The notes: generated by a model not told the origin, from the sequence alone. Counted from the first letter of the stretch, positions 1 through 10,832 are shown. The stretch: 64,000 bases of DNA from an uncultured Armatimonadetes bacterium (GCA_963716175.1 OY970296.1:1568001-1632000); one strand, 5' to 3'. Numbers and translations are program-made.

Positions 1-240
1 TCGGGGGAGAAGCGGATCATCAAGTGCTGGGCGCGAGCCTCTACCATCGTGCCGGACATGATCGGCCACACCATCGCGGTGCACGATGGCCGCAGGCACG
101 TGCCCACCTTCATCACCGAGAACATGGTGGGGCACAAGCTGGGCGAGTTCGCGCCCACCCGCCATTTCCGGGGCCACGGCCGTCACACCGAGCGCTCCAC
201 CGCGCTCGAGATGATGGGGGTGGGAGCAAGCGGCGGCTGA
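1..240 (+). CDS. rpsS: 30S ribosomal protein S19 (5'-truncated by window)
   Basis: Frame 1 reads ...[26 protein letters not shown]...[13 protein letters not shown]; S10 operon position. Confidence 0.97.
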   Translation, partial: SGEKRIIKCWARASTIVPDMIGHTIAVHDGRRHVPTFITENMVGHKLGEFAPTRHFRGHGRHTERSTALEMMGVGASGG

Positions 241-249
241 GGGAGAGCG

Positions 250-588
250 ATGGAAGCGAAGGCGGTGGCTCGTTATGTGAGGATGTCGTCGCGCAAAGCG
301 CGGCGGACGCTGGAGCTGATCCGGGGCCTGCCGGTGAAAGAGGCGCGGTCGCTGCTGGGGGCGCTGCCTCACCGGTCGGCGCGGGTGGTGCGGCGGGTGA
401 TGGACTCGGCCGCGGCCAATGCGGAGAACAACCACGCGATGGCGGCGGACGAGCTGTGGGTGGTGCGGGCCTTTGCGGACGAGGGCCCCACCATGAAGCG
501 GCTTCGCTTCGCCTCTGGGGGACGCATGGGGATCATCCGGAAGCGGATGACGCACATCAGCGTCGTGCTGAGCGACGAAGAGCGGTGA
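250..588 (+). CDS. rplV: 50S ribosomal protein L22
   Basis: MEAKAVARYVRMSSRKAR...SAAANAENNH...DEGPTMKR...THISVVL; synteny. Confidence 0.97.
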   Translation: MEAKAVARYVRMSSRKARRTLELIRGLPVKEARSLLGALPHRSARVVRRVMDSAAANAENNHAMAADELWVVRAFADEGPTMKRLRFASGGRMGIIRKRMTHISVVLSDEER

Positions 589-603
589 GGTCAGGAGACT
601 GAA

Positions 604-1569
604 ATGGGACAGAAAGTGAACCCGATCGGGTTTCGGCTGGGCGTGATCCGGGACTGGGACAGCCGCTGGTATGCGGGCAAGGCCACCTACCGGGAGTGGG
701 TGCTGGAGGACGCCAAGGTGCGGACGCTGCTGCGGGCGCGGTTCGCCCCGGACGGCGGAGGGGGTGGAGGAGGCGGAGGCCGCGGCCGCAACCGGGACGC
801 CGGGATCAGCCGGGTGGAGATCGAGCGGGCGCCCAATATGCTGAAGCTGACGCTGCACACCGCGAAGCCGGGGATCATCATCGGCCGCGGGGGGCGGGGG
901 GTGGAGGATATTCGGGCTGAGATCGAGCGGCTGGTGAACCGGAAGGTGCACATCAACGTGCAGGAGATCCGGCAGCCGGAGCTGGACGCGCAGCTGGTGG
1001 CGGAGAACGTCTCGGGCCAGATCGAGCGGAGGGTGGCGTTCAAGCGAGCGGTGCGGCAGGCGCTGCAGCGGACCATGAAGGCGGGGGCGCAGGGGATTCG
1101 CGTGATGTGCGCAGGGCGGCTGGGGGGCGCGGAGATGTCTCGCCGCTATGGCGACCGGGAGGGCAAGATCCCGCTGCACACGCTGCGGGCGGACATTGAC
1201 TATGGGTTCACGGAGGCGCGCACCCCCTCCGGCCATATCGGGATCAAGGTGTGGGTGTACCGGGGCGATGTGCTGCCGGCGGCGAAGCCGGCAGAGGCCA
1301 GGCCGGGGCGGCCGGCAGTGGCGGCGGAGAAGCCGCGGAAGGGCTGGCGGCGGGTGGGACCGGCGCGCAGGACGGAGGCGCCAGAGGCCGCGCCGACGGG
1401 AGCCGAGGCCGCGGTCGAGGGGGAGCCGGTAACCCTGGCGGCGGAGCCCGCGGAGGTGGCGGGGGCCGAGCCAGTGGCGCCAGCGCCAGCAGCGGAGGAG
1501 CAGCAGAGCGATGCTAATGCCGTCGAAGGTGAAGTTCCGGAAGCAGCAGAGGGGCCGTCGCAGGGGTAA
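604..1569 (+). CDS. rpsC: 30S ribosomal protein S3 with Gly-rich insert and long C-terminal tail
   Basis: [42 protein letters not shown]; tail overlaps rplP start by 59 nt. Confidence 0.97.
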   Translation: MGQKVNPIGFRLGVIRDWDSRWYAGKATYREWVLEDAKVRTLLRARFAPDGGGGGGGGGRGRNRDAGISRVEIERAPNMLKLTLHTAKPGIIIGRGGRGVEDIRAEIERLVNRKVHINVQEIRQPELDAQLVAENVSGQIERRVAFKRAVRQALQRTMKAGAQGIRVMCAGRLGGAEMSRRYGDREGKIPLHTLRADIDYGFTEARTPSGHIGIKVWVYRGDVLPAAKPAEARPGRPAVAAEKPRKGWRRVGPARRTEAPEAAPTGAEAAVEGEPVTLAAEPAEVAGAEPVAPAPAAEEQQSDANAVEGEVPEAAEGPSQG

Positions 1570-1954
1570 GGCGAGCCGGGGCAACGCGATCGTCTCCGGC
1601 GAGTACGGCCTGCTGGCCCTGGGCAACTGCTGGCTGAGCAGCCGGCAGATCGAGGCCGCGCGGGTGGCGATGACCCGGTACATCAAGCGCGCCGGGAAGG
1701 TGTGGGTGCGGGTGTTTCCGGACAAGCCGGTGACGGCGAAGCCGGCGGAGACTCGGATGGGCAGCGGCAAGGGGTCGCCGGAGTTCTGGGTGGCGGTGGT
1801 GAAGGCGGGGCGGATTCTGTTCGAGATGGGGGGCGTGCCCCCGGAGGTGGCAAAGGAGGCGCTGCGCAAGGCGGCGCACAAGCTGCCGATTCGCACGCGG
1901 GTGGTGATGAGGGCGGAGGCCGGAGGTGAGAGCGGTGAAGCCGGCGGCGCTTAG
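1511..1954 (+). CDS. rplP: 50S ribosomal protein L16
   Basis: [35 protein letters not shown]. Confidence 0.97.
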   Translation: MLMPSKVKFRKQQRGRRRGKASRGNAIVSGEYGLLALGNCWLSSRQIEAARVAMTRYIKRAGKVWVRVFPDKPVTAKPAETRMGSGKGSPEFWVAVVKAGRILFEMGGVPPEVAKEALRKAAHKLPIRTRVVMRAEAGGESGEAGGA

Positions 1955-2129
1955 GCAGATGACGACACAAGAGCTGCAGGAGCAACTGGAGAGGGACCGC
2001 CAGGAGCAGTTCAATCTGCGGTTTCGGGCGAGCACGCAGCCGCTGGAGAACCCGCGGCGACTGCGGCAGGTGCGGAAGAACATCGCCCGGATTCTGACGC
2101 TGCTGCAAGAGCGAGAGGCCCATGGCTGA
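1935..2129 (+). CDS. rpmC: 50S ribosomal protein L29
   Basis: FNLRFR...[19 protein letters not shown]; GTG start after GGAGGT. Confidence 0.95.
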   Translation: MKPAALRQMTTQELQEQLERDRQEQFNLRFRASTQPLENPRRLRQVRKNIARILTLLQEREAHG

Positions 2130-2406
2130 GAGAGGAAGAGGAAGGGCGCGCGGCGAGCGAGGCGGGCGCAAGATCCGGGAGGGGGTGGTCACCAGCGACA
2201 CCATGGACAAGACGGTGGTGGTGGGGGTGGAGCGGCTGGTCAGGCATCCGAAGTACAAGCGCGTGATCCGGCGGACGGCTCGCCACAAGGCGCACGACGA
2301 GCGCAACGAGTGCGGGGTGGGTGACCGGGTGCGTATCCAGGAGACCCGGCCTCTGAGCAAGACCAAGCGCTGGGTGGTGACGGCGGTGTTGAAGAAGGCG
2401 AAGTAG
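2122..2406 (+). CDS. rpsQ: 30S ribosomal protein S17
   Basis: [33 protein letters not shown]. Confidence 0.97.
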   Translation: MAERGRGRARGERGGRKIREGVVTSDTMDKTVVVGVERLVRHPKYKRVIRRTARHKAHDERNECGVGDRVRIQETRPLSKTKRWVVTAVLKKAK

Positions 2407-2423
2407 CCAGGGATCGGCCGTGG

Positions 2424-4535
2424 GTGAAGACTGCGATGAGCCCGGAAGCAAAGGAGACAGGAAGGGTGCGCAACGTGGCGCTGATCGGCCATGGTCAGGC
2501 GGGCAAGACCTCGCTGGCGGAGGCGATGCTGTTCGCCGCCGGCGTGGTGGAGCGGCTGGGCACGGTGGACGCCGGGACCACGGTATCGGACAGCGACCCG
2601 GAGGAGATCTCGCGCAAGATCTCGATCTCGCTGGCCTTCCTGCCGCACGAGTGGGAGGGGCACAAGATCAACCTCCTGGATACCCCCGGGTATGCCGATT
2701 TCGGGGGCGAGGTGGTGGCCGGGCTGCGAGCGGCGGACGGTGCGGTGGTGGTGGTGGAGGCGCTGGCTGGGGTGCAGGTGCAGACGGAGCGGTACGCGCG
2801 GATGGCGGCGGAGCGGGGGGTGCCGCGGCTGGTGGTGATCAGCAAACTGGACAAGGAGCACACCGACTTCAGGCGCACCCTGGCGCAAGTGAGGGAGCGG
2901 CTGAACTGCAACGCGGTGGCCGTGACCTTGCCGATCGGCAATCAGACCAGCCTGCGAGGGGTGGTTGACCTGGTGAAGGGGGTGGCCTACATCAGCGACG
3001 GGGGCAAGGAATCGCAGGCCCCGATCCCAGAGGAGATGGCGGGCGAGGTGGCCGAGTATCGGGAGCGGCTGATCGAGGCGGCGGCGGAAGCCGACGACAG
3101 GCTGATGGAGAAGTATCTGGAGGAGGAGGCGCTGTCTCCCGCGGAGATCGTGCACGGCCTGCGGGCGGCGACGCTGGCGGGGAAGGTGGTGCCGACGCTG
3201 GCGGCGGCGGCCACCCGGATGATCGGGGTGCGGTCGCTGTCGGAGGCAGTGGCAGCCAACCTGCCAGCGCCGGAGGAGACGGGCCCGGTGGTGGGATCGA
3301 ACCCGCGGAGCAGCGAGCAGGCGGAGCGACAGCCGTCGCCAGAGGCGCCGATGAGCGCGCTGGTGTTCAAGACCACGGCCGATCCCTATGCCGGGCGGCT
3401 GACTTATTTCCGGGTTTACTCGGGGACGCTGTACGGTGATGCCCAGGTCTACAACTCGGCGCAGGGAGAAAGGGAGCGGATTGGCCCGTTGCTCTCCCCG
3501 GCCGGGAGGAGACAGCAGGGCGTGCCGAGCGTGGCGGCCGGAAACATGGGGCTGGTGGCCAAGCTGCACGCCACGGTCACTGGCGACACCTTGTGCGACG
3601 AATCCAACCCCATCCTGCTGCCGGGGATCGAGCTGCCGACACCGGTGTTCTCGGTGGCGATCAGGGCCAAGTCGCGGGCGGACGAGGACAAGGTGGGGAG
3701 CGCGCTGACCCGGATCACGGAGGAGGATCCGACGGTCCGGTTCTCGATGAACGCGGAGACCAAGGAGACGATTCTGTCGGGGATGGGGGACCTGCAGCTG
3801 GAGATCGTGGTGGGCCGGCTGCAGCGGAAGTACGGGGTGGCGGTGGAGACGGGGGCGCCCAGGATCCCGTACCGCGAGACCGTCCGGGGCAAGTCGCGGG
3901 TCCAGGGCCGGCACAAGCGGCAGACCGGGGGCCGGGGGCAGTTCGGGGATGTGTGGGTGAGGTTCGAGCCGCTGCCGCGGGGGACCGGGTTTGAGTTCGT
4001 GGACGAAGTGAGGGGTGGGTCGGTGCCGCGCAACTTCATCCCGGCGGTGGAGAAGGGGATACGGGAGGCGCTGGACCACGGGCCGCTGGCCGGCTATCCG
4101 CTGACCGATCTGCGGGCGATCCTGGATGACGGCTCCTCCCATTCCGTGGACTCCTCCGATATGGCGTTCAAGACGGCGGGCCAGATCGCGCTCCAGAAGG
4201 GCACCGAGGAGGCGGGGCTGGTGCTGCTGGAGCCGATCATGGAGGTGGAGGTGGTGGTGCCTGGGGAGCAGATGGGGGATGTGATCGGAGCGCTGAACGG
4301 GAAGCGGGGCAGCATTCTGGGGATGGAGCCGCAGGGAGAGTACCAGGTGGTGCGGGCGCTGGTGCCGCTGGCGGAGATGGCGAGCTACGCCTCGGAGCTG
4401 CGCTCGATGACCGGGGGCCGGGGCAGCTACAGCATGCGCTTCTCCCACTACCAGGAGGTGCCGCCGCACCTGGCCCAGGCCGTGATCGAGGCGGCGAAGC
4501 GAGAGAAGCAGCAGAAGACCGGGGCCGCGGCCTAG
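2424..4535 (+). CDS. Elongation factor G-like protein (EF-G2 type paralog)
   Basis: Full EF-G layout ([46 protein letters not shown]) with non-canonical [13 protein letters not shown] and SKLD motifs. Confidence 0.93.
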   Translation: MKTAMSPEAKETGRVRNVALIGHGQAGKTSLAEAMLFAAGVVERLGTVDAGTTVSDSDPEEISRKISISLAFLPHEWEGHKINLLDTPGYADFGGEVVAGLRAADGAVVVVEALAGVQVQTERYARMAAERGVPRLVVISKLDKEHTDFRRTLAQVRERLNCNAVAVTLPIGNQTSLRGVVDLVKGVAYISDGGKESQAPIPEEMAGEVAEYRERLIEAAAEADDRLMEKYLEEEALSPAEIVHGLRAATLAGKVVPTLAAAATRMIGVRSLSEAVAANLPAPEETGPVVGSNPRSSEQAERQPSPEAPMSALVFKTTADPYAGRLTYFRVYSGTLYGDAQVYNSAQGERERIGPLLSPAGRRQQGVPSVAAGNMGLVAKLHATVTGDTLCDESNPILLPGIELPTPVFSVAIRAKSRADEDKVGSALTRITEEDPTVRFSMNAETKETILSGMGDLQLEIVVGRLQRKYGVAVETGAPRIPYRETVRGKSRVQGRHKRQTGGRGQFGDVWVRFEPLPRGTGFEFVDEVRGGSVPRNFIPAVEKGIREALDHGPLAGYPLTDLRAILDDGSSHSVDSSDMAFKTAGQIALQKGTEEAGLVLLEPIMEVEVVVPGEQMGDVIGALNGKRGSILGMEPQGEYQVVRALVPLAEMASYASELRSMTGGRGSYSMRFSHYQEVPPHLAQAVIEAAKREKQQKTGAAA

Positions 4536-4558
4536 GCAAGCGCTCGGCAGGCAAGGAC

Positions 4559-4927
4559 ATGATCCAGCTTCGGACGAGACTGAAAGTGGCGGACAACTCG
4601 GGGGCGCGGGTGGTGGAGTGCATCCGGGTGCTGGGCGGATCGAACCGCCTGTATGCCCGGGTGGGGGACACGATCGTGGTGGCGGTGAAGCAGGTGACTC
4701 CAGGGGGGCAGATCCAGAAGGGGGAGGTGGCGCGGGCGGTGGTGGTGCGGCAGACCCAGCCGTTGCGCCGGGCGGATGGGTCCATCATCCGGTTCGACGA
4801 AAACGCGGTGGTGCTGATCGGGGAGCAGCGGAATCCGCGGGGGACGCGGGTGTTCGGGCCCGTGGCGCGGGAGCTGAGGGAGCGGGAGTTCATGCGCATC
4901 GTCTCGCTGGCGCCGGAGGTGATCTGA
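4559..4927 (+). CDS. rplN: 50S ribosomal protein L14
   Basis: [16 protein letters not shown]...FDENA...[13 protein letters not shown]...SLAPEVI. Confidence 0.98.
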   Translation: MIQLRTRLKVADNSGARVVECIRVLGGSNRLYARVGDTIVVAVKQVTPGGQIQKGEVARAVVVRQTQPLRRADGSIIRFDENAVVLIGEQRNPRGTRVFGPVARELREREFMRIVSLAPEVI

Positions 4928-5374
4928 ATGAAGAGCAGACCGGGCGCGGCCGAGAGTGTGAAGCTGCAGATCAGGGCCGGGGACACGGTGTTCGTGCGCT
5001 CGGGACGAGACCGGGAGACGCGGCTGACGCCGGAGGAGCTGACGCGGTGGGAGGACCCAGAGCAGCGGAAGCGGGAGGCGAACCGCCGGTCGGGGCGGCG
5101 GGGGCGGGTGCTGCGGGTGCTGCCGGACAAGCAGCACGTGGTAGTGGAAGGGGTGAACATGGTGACCAAGCACAGCCGGCCGCGGGGGCGGGCGACGCGG
5201 GCCCAGCAACTGCAGGCGGGCCGGACCGAGCAGCCGGGGCCCATCGCCATCGCCAACGTGATGCTGGTGTGCCCTCGGTGCGACCGGCCCACGCGGGTGA
5301 AGCGAGGGACCTGGGAGGAGAAGCCGGTGCGGCTGTGCCGACGGTGCGGCGAGCCGGTGGACGCGATCAGATAG
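4928..5374 (+). CDS. rplX: 50S ribosomal protein L24 with internal insertion
   Basis: IRAGDTV...[12 protein letters not shown]...[17 protein letters not shown]; synteny. Confidence 0.93.
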   Translation: MKSRPGAAESVKLQIRAGDTVFVRSGRDRETRLTPEELTRWEDPEQRKREANRRSGRRGRVLRVLPDKQHVVVEGVNMVTKHSRPRGRATRAQQLQAGRTEQPGPIAIANVMLVCPRCDRPTRVKRGTWEEKPVRLCRRCGEPVDAIR

Positions 5375-5384
5375 GGATGGGAGC

Positions 5385-5984
5385 ATGACTGCGCGCAGGC
5401 GAGAGAAAGAGGAGAAAGCGGAAACCAGCGTGGAGGCGGCGCCGCCACGGCTGAAGGACCGCTACCGGCAGGAGATCGCGCCCGCCATGATGCGGCGCTT
5501 CGGCTACCGGCAGCTGATGGAGGTGCCGCGGCTGTCCAAGGTGGTGGTGAGCATGGGGGTGGGCGCGGCCACTCAGGACCCCAAGATCCTGGAGAACGCG
5601 ATGCGGGATCTGGCGGCGATCACGGGCCAGCAGCCGGCGATCTCGCGGGCGAAGCGGTCCATCGCCCAGTTCCGGGTGAGGGAGAAGAATCCGATCGGGT
5701 GCAAGGTGACCCTGCGGGGCGACCGGATGTACGAGTTCGTGGACCGGCTGATCAGCGTGGCGCTGCCTCGGATCCGGGATTTCCGGGGGCTGCCGCCGGA
5801 GGCGGTGGACGGCCGGGGCAACTACAACCTGGGGCTGCGGGAGCAGAGCGTGTTCCCGGAGATAGACATTGATAAGGTGACCCGGGTGCAGGGCATGAAT
5901 GTGACCATCGTCACCACCGCCCGGACGGACGAGGAGGCGCTGGCCCTGCTGCGAGAGTTCGGGCTGCCGCTGCGGGAGTCCTAA
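5385..5984 (+). CDS. rplE: 50S ribosomal protein L5
   Basis: [33 protein letters not shown]. Confidence 0.98.
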   Translation: MTARRREKEEKAETSVEAAPPRLKDRYRQEIAPAMMRRFGYRQLMEVPRLSKVVVSMGVGAATQDPKILENAMRDLAAITGQQPAISRAKRSIAQFRVREKNPIGCKVTLRGDRMYEFVDRLISVALPRIRDFRGLPPEAVDGRGNYNLGLREQSVFPEIDIDKVTRVQGMNVTIVTTARTDEEALALLREFGLPLRES

Positions 5985-6079
5985 TGATGTTCGCACAACG
6001 AAGTAATGTGCGAACATTGCCCTGTGCCTGTCTGGGCCGCTTCTTGAGCTTCGCCGTGTTACTTCATTCGGCGAAGCTC
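5982..6079 (+). repeat. ~100-bp double-hairpin element, family A copy 1 (begins at rplE stop codon)
   Basis: 89/98 nt identical to the reverse complement of 40513-40610; hairpins ATGTTCGCACA/TGTGCGAACAT and GAGCTTCGCCG/CGGCGAAGCTC. Confidence 0.9.
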
Positions 6080-6080
6080 C

Positions 6081-6212
6081 TTAGAAGCTGTTTCATAACC
6101 TTCCCAGGGGAGGTTATGAAACAGCACTGCACGACGTCAGGCCGTGGCAGGCGCATTTCATGCGAGGGCGTGGTGCGGCCAGCCAACAGCTAGGTTATGA
6201 AATGCGCTCTAG
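6081..6212. mobile_element. Putative MITE with imperfect terminal inverted repeats
   Basis: Left end TAGAAGCTGTTTCATAACCT vs reverse complement of right end TAGAGCGCATTTCATAACCT; TTAG/CTAG flanks; internal palindrome GCTGTTTCATAACCT...AGGTTATGAAACAGC. Confidence 0.55.
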
Positions 6213-6234
6213 TGGGAGTGCAGAGGAGAGGGAG

Positions 6235-6420
6235 TTGGCGAAGACATCTTCGATCGTGAGGTCGCGGCGGAAGCCGAAGTTCGCGGTGCGCCAGCACAAC
6301 CGGTGCCAGTTGTGCGGGCGGCCCCGGGCCTACCTCCGGCGCTTTGGGATGTGCCGGATCTGCTTCCGGGAGAGGGCGCACCGGGGGCTGCTGCCCGGAG
6401 TGGTGAAGGCGAGCTGGTAG
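6235..6420 (+). CDS. rpsN: 30S ribosomal protein S14 (zinc-binding type Z)
   Basis: 61 aa from TTG; RCQLCGRPR...MCRICFRE...PGVVKASW. Confidence 0.96.
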   Translation: MAKTSSIVRSRRKPKFAVRQHNRCQLCGRPRAYLRRFGMCRICFRERAHRGLLPGVVKASW

Positions 6421-6434
6421 AGAGCTTGGTGGTG

Positions 6435-6494
6435 GGCTGTGTCAGAGCCCAACCAAGCGGTCTCAGCGCGCGCTGATCGGGTTCCGATACAGCC
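6435..6494. repeat. Small inverted-repeat-bounded insert between rpsN and rpsH
   Basis: GGCTGTGTCAGAGCCC vs reverse complement GGCTGTATCGGAACCC (13/16). Confidence 0.4.
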
Positions 6495-6507
6495 TAAGAG
6501 GAGAGCG

Positions 6508-6906
6508 ATGGCGGTCACTGACCAAGTTGCGGATATGCTGACTCGGATGCGCAATGCCAACCTGGCGCGGCAGGACCACGTGCTGATCCCGGCCTCGAAG
6601 CTGAAGCTGGAGCTGGCGAAGGTGCTGAAGGCGCAGGGGTTCATCCAGAAGTACGATCTGGTGGACGACAAGCGGCAGGGGCAGATTCGCATCCACCTGC
6701 GCTACATGCCGAACCGGGAGCGGGTGATCACCGGGCTGCGGCGGATCAGCCGGCCTGGGGTGAGGGTGTACGTGGATGCGGCTCACATCCCGCGGGTGAT
6801 GGGAGGGCTGGGGATCGCGGTGCTGTCCACCTCTCGCGGGGTGGTGACGGACCGGGAGGCGCGCCGCCGGAGGGTGGGCGGCGAAGTGCTGTGCTACGTC
6901 TGGTAG
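6508..6906 (+). CDS. rpsH: 30S ribosomal protein S8
   Basis: TDQVADMLTRMRNA, RISRPGVRVY, GLGIAVLSTSRG, GGEVLCYVW. Confidence 0.98.
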   Translation: MAVTDQVADMLTRMRNANLARQDHVLIPASKLKLELAKVLKAQGFIQKYDLVDDKRQGQIRIHLRYMPNRERVITGLRRISRPGVRVYVDAAHIPRVMGGLGIAVLSTSRGVVTDREARRRRVGGEVLCYVW

Positions 6907-6917
6907 GGAGAGCGGCG

Positions 6918-7493
6918 ATGTCGCGCGTGGGCAAGCTACCGATTCCTCTGCCCGCCGGGGTGACGGCGGAGCTAAGCGACCACCAGCTCAAGGTGCGGGG
7001 GCCGCAGGGCGAGCTGTCGCGCCGGCTGCCGGAGGCGATGTCCGTGACGGTGGAGGAGGGGGAAATCCGGGTCGGGCGGCCCTCGGAGAGCCGGGAGCAC
7101 CGGGCCTTGCACGGGCTCACCCGGAGCCTGGTGGCGAACATGGTGCAAGGGGTGAGCGAGGGCTACGTGCGAGTGCTCGAGCTCTACGGGGTGGGTTTCC
7201 GCGTCCAGCCCCAAGGCCAGAAGCTGAACCTGCAACTGGGCTTCTCCCACCCGGTGGCATTCGACCTGCCAGACGGGATCAGCGCCCAGATGGAGACCTT
7301 CGTGCCGACCCTGGAGAACGGGTATCTGTCGGTGCGGCTGACCCTGCGCGGGATTGATAAGGAGCTGCTGGGCTTGACGGCGGCGCGGCTGCGAGACACC
7401 AAGAAGCCGGAGCCGTACAAGGGGAAAGGGTTCCGCTATCAGGGCGAGCGCATCCGGCGGAAGGCCGGCAAGGCGGCGCAGGCCGGCACCTGA
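6918..7493 (+). CDS. rplF: 50S ribosomal protein L6
   Basis: MSRVGKLPI, HGLTRSLVANMVQGV, LGFSHPV, PEPYKGKG. Confidence 0.98.
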   Translation: MSRVGKLPIPLPAGVTAELSDHQLKVRGPQGELSRRLPEAMSVTVEEGEIRVGRPSESREHRALHGLTRSLVANMVQGVSEGYVRVLELYGVGFRVQPQGQKLNLQLGFSHPVAFDLPDGISAQMETFVPTLENGYLSVRLTLRGIDKELLGLTAARLRDTKKPEPYKGKGFRYQGERIRRKAGKAAQAGT

Positions 7494-7591
7494 TGATGTT
7501 CGCAGATAGAGGCAACGGCGGCAGGTGTTTCACGCCCCAGCGCGGCGCGATCTGCCTGCATGTCGCCGCTGCTTCGTCCGGCGAAATGCAG
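7491..7591 (+). repeat. Family A element copy 2 (begins at rplF stop codon)
   Basis: Ungapped ~71% identity to 7981-8085; shares the TGATGATGTTCGCA start and a TCGCCG...CGGCGA hairpin with copy 1. Confidence 0.75.
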
Positions 7592-7617
7592 CAGGCAGGA
7601 GAGGGAGCGAGCGCAAG

Positions 7618-7983
7618 GTGAGGACGGTAGAGCGAGTGAGAGGCCGCCAGCGGCGCCATCGGCGCGTGCGCAAGCGGGTGCACGGCAGCGGGGCCCGGCC
7701 CCGGCTGTGCGTATATCGCAGCCTGCGGTATCTGTACGCGCAGGTGATTGACGACGACGCGGGCCGGACGCTGGCGGAGGCGGATTCCCGGGAGCCAGGG
7801 ATGGTGCCGGAGGGCAGCTCGCGCCGGGGCCTGGCGGGGGCGGCCGCGGTGGGAAAGGCGATCGCGGAGCGGGCGCGGGCGGCGGGGGTGACTCAGGTGG
7901 TGTTCGACCGGGGCGGGTATCTCTACCACGGTCGGGTGAAGGCGCTGGCGGAGGGGGCGCGGGAAGCTGGGCTGGAGTTCTGA
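7618..7983 (+). CDS. rplR: 50S ribosomal protein L18
   Basis: [44 protein letters not shown]. Confidence 0.98.
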   Translation: MRTVERVRGRQRRHRRVRKRVHGSGARPRLCVYRSLRYLYAQVIDDDAGRTLAEADSREPGMVPEGSSRRGLAGAAAVGKAIAERARAAGVTQVVFDRGGYLYHGRVKALAEGAREAGLEF

Positions 7984-8081
7984 TGGTGCTCGCATACAGA
8001 AGTAAGGGCCGCAGGCACGCTGTGCCCGAACGTGGCGCAATCGGTCTGCAATTCGCGGTTACTGCGTTCGGCGAAATGCAG
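7981..8081 (+). repeat. Family A element copy 3 (begins at rplR stop codon)
   Basis: Collinear with copy 2; TGATGGTGCTCGCATACAGAAGTAA start; CTGCA...TGCAG 3' hairpin. Confidence 0.75.
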
Positions 8082-8092
8082 TAGGAGAGGCG

Positions 8093-8692
8093 ATGCTGGC
8101 ACAGAGATTTGGCAGAGTGGCGCAGAGCGGGGACGAAGCCGAGGAGCTGATCCAGGAGAAACTGGTGGCGCTCAACCGGGTGCAGAAGGTGCACAAGGGC
8201 GGGCGCACCCTGCGCTGGAGCGCGCTGGTGGTGGTGGGGGATAGGCGCGGCTCGGTGGGGGTGGGCCTGGGCAAGTCCGGGGAGGTGCCGGAGGCGGTGC
8301 GGAAGGCGACGGAAGTGGCGAAGAAAGGTATGTTGAAGGTGTCGCTGCTGGGCGGCACCATCCCCCATGCCGTGGAGTCGCGCTACGGGGCGGCGCGGGT
8401 GCTGCTGAAGCCGGCCTCTCCCGGGACGGGGGTGATTGCGGGCGGTGCGGTGCGGGCGGTGGTGGAGGCGGCCGGGATCAAGGATGTGCTCTCCAAGTCT
8501 CTGGGCTCGGATAACCCGATCAACATCGCGCGGGCGACCTTGAAAGGGCTGCAGAGCTTGCGCACGGTATGGGAGGTGGCGGCGCGGCGGGGCCGCAAAC
8601 CGGAGGAGGTGGGAGAGCGCTATCATCTGCTGGGGCGCGAGTACGCGCCGCCGGGGGGCGGCGAAGAGCCGGTTCAGGAGGGCGAGGGATGA
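8093..8692 (+). CDS. rpsE: 30S ribosomal protein S5
   Basis: [46 protein letters not shown]. Confidence 0.98.
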   Translation: MLAQRFGRVAQSGDEAEELIQEKLVALNRVQKVHKGGRTLRWSALVVVGDRRGSVGVGLGKSGEVPEAVRKATEVAKKGMLKVSLLGGTIPHAVESRYGAARVLLKPASPGTGVIAGGAVRAVVEAAGIKDVLSKSLGSDNPINIARATLKGLQSLRTVWEVAARRGRKPEEVGERYHLLGREYAPPGGGEEPVQEGEG

Positions 8693-8883
8693 GCCGGCTT
8701 CGCATCACCCTGCGCCGGAGCACCATCGGCCGAAAGCAGGATCAGAAGGATACCGCGCGCATCCTGGGGTTGACGAAGCTGAACGGGGCGGTGATCCGGC
8801 CGGATAACCCGGCGATTCGGGGGATGGTCAACAAGCTGCGGCATCTGGTGACGGTGGAGGAGGTGGAGGGCGAGGAAGGTTGA
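8689..8883 (+). CDS. rpmD: 50S ribosomal protein L30
   Basis: [11 protein letters not shown]...LGLTK...[16 protein letters not shown]; ATGA overlap with rpsE. Confidence 0.95.
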   Translation: MSRLRITLRRSTIGRKQDQKDTARILGLTKLNGAVIRPDNPAIRGMVNKLRHLVTVEEVEGEEG

Positions 8884-8894
8884 CGGGGAGCAAG

Positions 8895-8953
8895 AGCCGG
8901 CGGCGATGCGCTCGCCTTCGCTGAAGCTGCGGCAAGCGCATGGCCGCCCTACA
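8895..8953. repeat. GTAG-type REP-like palindrome (family B)
   Basis: Ends in GCATGGCCGCCCTACA, identical to the ends at 10832 and 24868. Confidence 0.6.
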
Positions 8954-8970
8954 GGGATATGGAGATAGGG

Positions 8971-9429
8971 ATGCACGCTGGTGAGCTGCGCCCCGCGCCT
9001 GGGGCGAAGAAGAGAAAAAAGCGAGTGGGCCGAGGCATGGGCTCGGGGCACGGCAAGACCTCCACCCGCGGGATGAAAGGCCAGAAGGCCCGGGAGCAGG
9101 TGCGCCTCGGGTTCGAGGGGGGCCAGACTCCGCTCTATCGCCGGCTGCGCAAGCGCCGGGGGATGGGCAAGTCGGCCCGCAATCTAGGGGTGTTCGCCCG
9201 CGCCTACGCGGAGGTCAACATTGGCCGGCTGGAGGAGCGATTCGAGGCCGGGACGGTGGTGACGCCGGAGCTGCTGGTGGAGCAGCGGGTGGTGCGCAAC
9301 CTGCGGGACGGGGTGCGAGTGCTGGGGGAGGGCGAGCTGACCAAGGCCCTGACAGTGCGGGCACACCATTTCAGCGGGGCGGCGCGCGCCAAGATTGAGG
9401 CTGCTGGGGGCAAGGCGGAGGTGATCTGA
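8971..9429 (+). CDS. rplO: 50S ribosomal protein L15
   Basis: [36 protein letters not shown]. Confidence 0.98.
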   Translation: MHAGELRPAPGAKKRKKRVGRGMGSGHGKTSTRGMKGQKAREQVRLGFEGGQTPLYRRLRKRRGMGKSARNLGVFARAYAEVNIGRLEERFEAGTVVTPELLVEQRVVRNLRDGVRVLGEGELTKALTVRAHHFSGAARAKIEAAGGKAEVI

Positions 9430-9430
9430 G

Positions 9431-10726
9431 GTGACCAGCACCGCCCTGGCGCCGGTGATCGGCGCCTTCAAGCTCCCCGACCTGCGCCGGCGCATCCTGT
9501 TCGTGTTCGGGATGTTCGCGGTGTACGTAATCGGCCTGCACATCCCGATCCCGGGTGTGAACAGAGAGGCGATGGGCCGTCTGGTGGAGGGCGGCCTGCT
9601 GGGGTTGATGGATGCGTTCACCGGGGGCGCGTTCCGCAAGTTTTCCATCCTGGCGATGGGGATCATGCCCTATATCAATGCTTCCATTATCTTCCAGCTC
9701 CTGGGCATCGCCATCCCCCGGGTGGCGGAGCTGGCGAAGGAGGGGGAGAGCGGCCGCAAGAAGATCTCGCAGTGGACGCGTTGGCTCACTATCATCTTGG
9801 GCATTTTGCAGGCGGCGATGACGTGCATGATGCTGCGCCAGTACACCCCGCCCATCCTAAGCGCGAGCGGCGTCGCTCTGATCCCGATCATCATCACGCT
9901 GACCGGCGGGACCTGCTTCCTGATGTGGATGGGGGAGCAGATCACGGACAAGGGGATCGGCAACGGGGTCTCGCTGATCATCTTCGCCGGCATCGTGGCG
10001 CGCATGCCGGTGGATGTGGGCCGCACCTACCAGCTCTGGCGCACCGGCAACCTGATGTGGACCAATGTGCTGTTCCTATTGGTGATCTGGCTGGCCACCA
10101 TCGCGGGGATCATCTACATCACCAAGGGACAGCGGCGGATCACCATCCAGTCGGCGAAGCGGGTGGTGGGGACGCGCATCTACAGCGGGGGGAGCAGCTT
10201 CCTGCCCATCCCGGTGAACGCGGCGGGAGTGATCCCGATCATCTTCGCCATCGCGGTGGTGCTGCTGCCGGCGCAGATCGCCCAGTTCCTGTCCGGCGCG
10301 AAGGGAATAGGTCCGTACATGGGGAAGGTGGCGGACTTCTTCAGCCCGGGGCACAGCGCAGTGGCCTCCGCCTTCTACTTTCTGCTAGTCGTTTTCTTCA
10401 CCTATTTCTACACTGCGGTGACCTTCAACGTGGCCGATGTTTCCGATAACCTGAGGAAATACGGGAGCTTCATCCCGGGGATCAGGCCGGGGAAGCCGAC
10501 GGAGCGGCACCTGGATAAGGTGCTGAGCCGGGTGACGCTGGCGGGCGCGCTGTTTCTGGGCGTGATCGCCCTGCTCTCCTACTATGTTCCCACCATCACC
10601 GGGGTGAGCAGCTTCACGGTGGTGGGCGGGACCTCGCTGCTGATCCTGGTGGGAGTGGCGTTGGACACGCTGCAGCAGATCGAGGCGCATTTGGTGATGC
10701 GGCAATACGAAGGGTTCATCAAGTGA
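9431..10726 (+). CDS. secY: Preprotein translocase subunit SecY
   Basis: [61 protein letters not shown]. Confidence 0.98.
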   Translation: MTSTALAPVIGAFKLPDLRRRILFVFGMFAVYVIGLHIPIPGVNREAMGRLVEGGLLGLMDAFTGGAFRKFSILAMGIMPYINASIIFQLLGIAIPRVAELAKEGESGRKKISQWTRWLTIILGILQAAMTCMMLRQYTPPILSASGVALIPIIITLTGGTCFLMWMGEQITDKGIGNGVSLIIFAGIVARMPVDVGRTYQLWRTGNLMWTNVLFLLVIWLATIAGIIYITKGQRRITIQSAKRVVGTRIYSGGSSFLPIPVNAAGVIPIIFAIAVVLLPAQIAQFLSGAKGIGPYMGKVADFFSPGHSAVASAFYFLLVVFFTYFYTAVTFNVADVSDNLRKYGSFIPGIRPGKPTERHLDKVLSRVTLAGALFLGVIALLSYYVPTITGVSSFTVVGGTSLLILVGVALDTLQQIEAHLVMRQYEGFIK

Positions 10727-10730
10727 TGCG

Positions 10731-10832
10731 CAGGGTCGAGCAGTGCGGAGCGCCGGCGGGCATAGGCATGCCCGCCCGACCAACGCCGACGGCAACGGCC
10801 GGCGGCTATGCCTTCGGCATGGCCGCCCTACA
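10731..10832. mobile_element. 102-bp REP-like (family B) insert flanked by a 35-bp direct repeat
   Basis: GATGCGGCAATACGAAGGGTTCATCAAGTGATGCG at 10696-10730 and 10833-10867; insert ends GCCGCCCTACA. Confidence 0.8.

Noticed and set aside
1511-1569. rpsC/rplP 59-nt overlap as a novelty
   Set aside because: Run-on of an unstructured S3 tail into the rplP start is unremarkable in high-GC genomes.
1683-4469. Long antisense ORFs (e.g. 928 aa here, 765 aa at 23933-26230)
   Set aside because: Shadow frames of high-GC coding genes; low-complexity R/P/H composition and no motifs.
7490-7590. Hammerhead ribozyme (CUGAUGA ... CGAAA) in family A copy 2
   Set aside because: No G-C pair closing stem II, no proper stems I/III, and the other copies lack one or both core motifs; the TGA is simply the stop codon.
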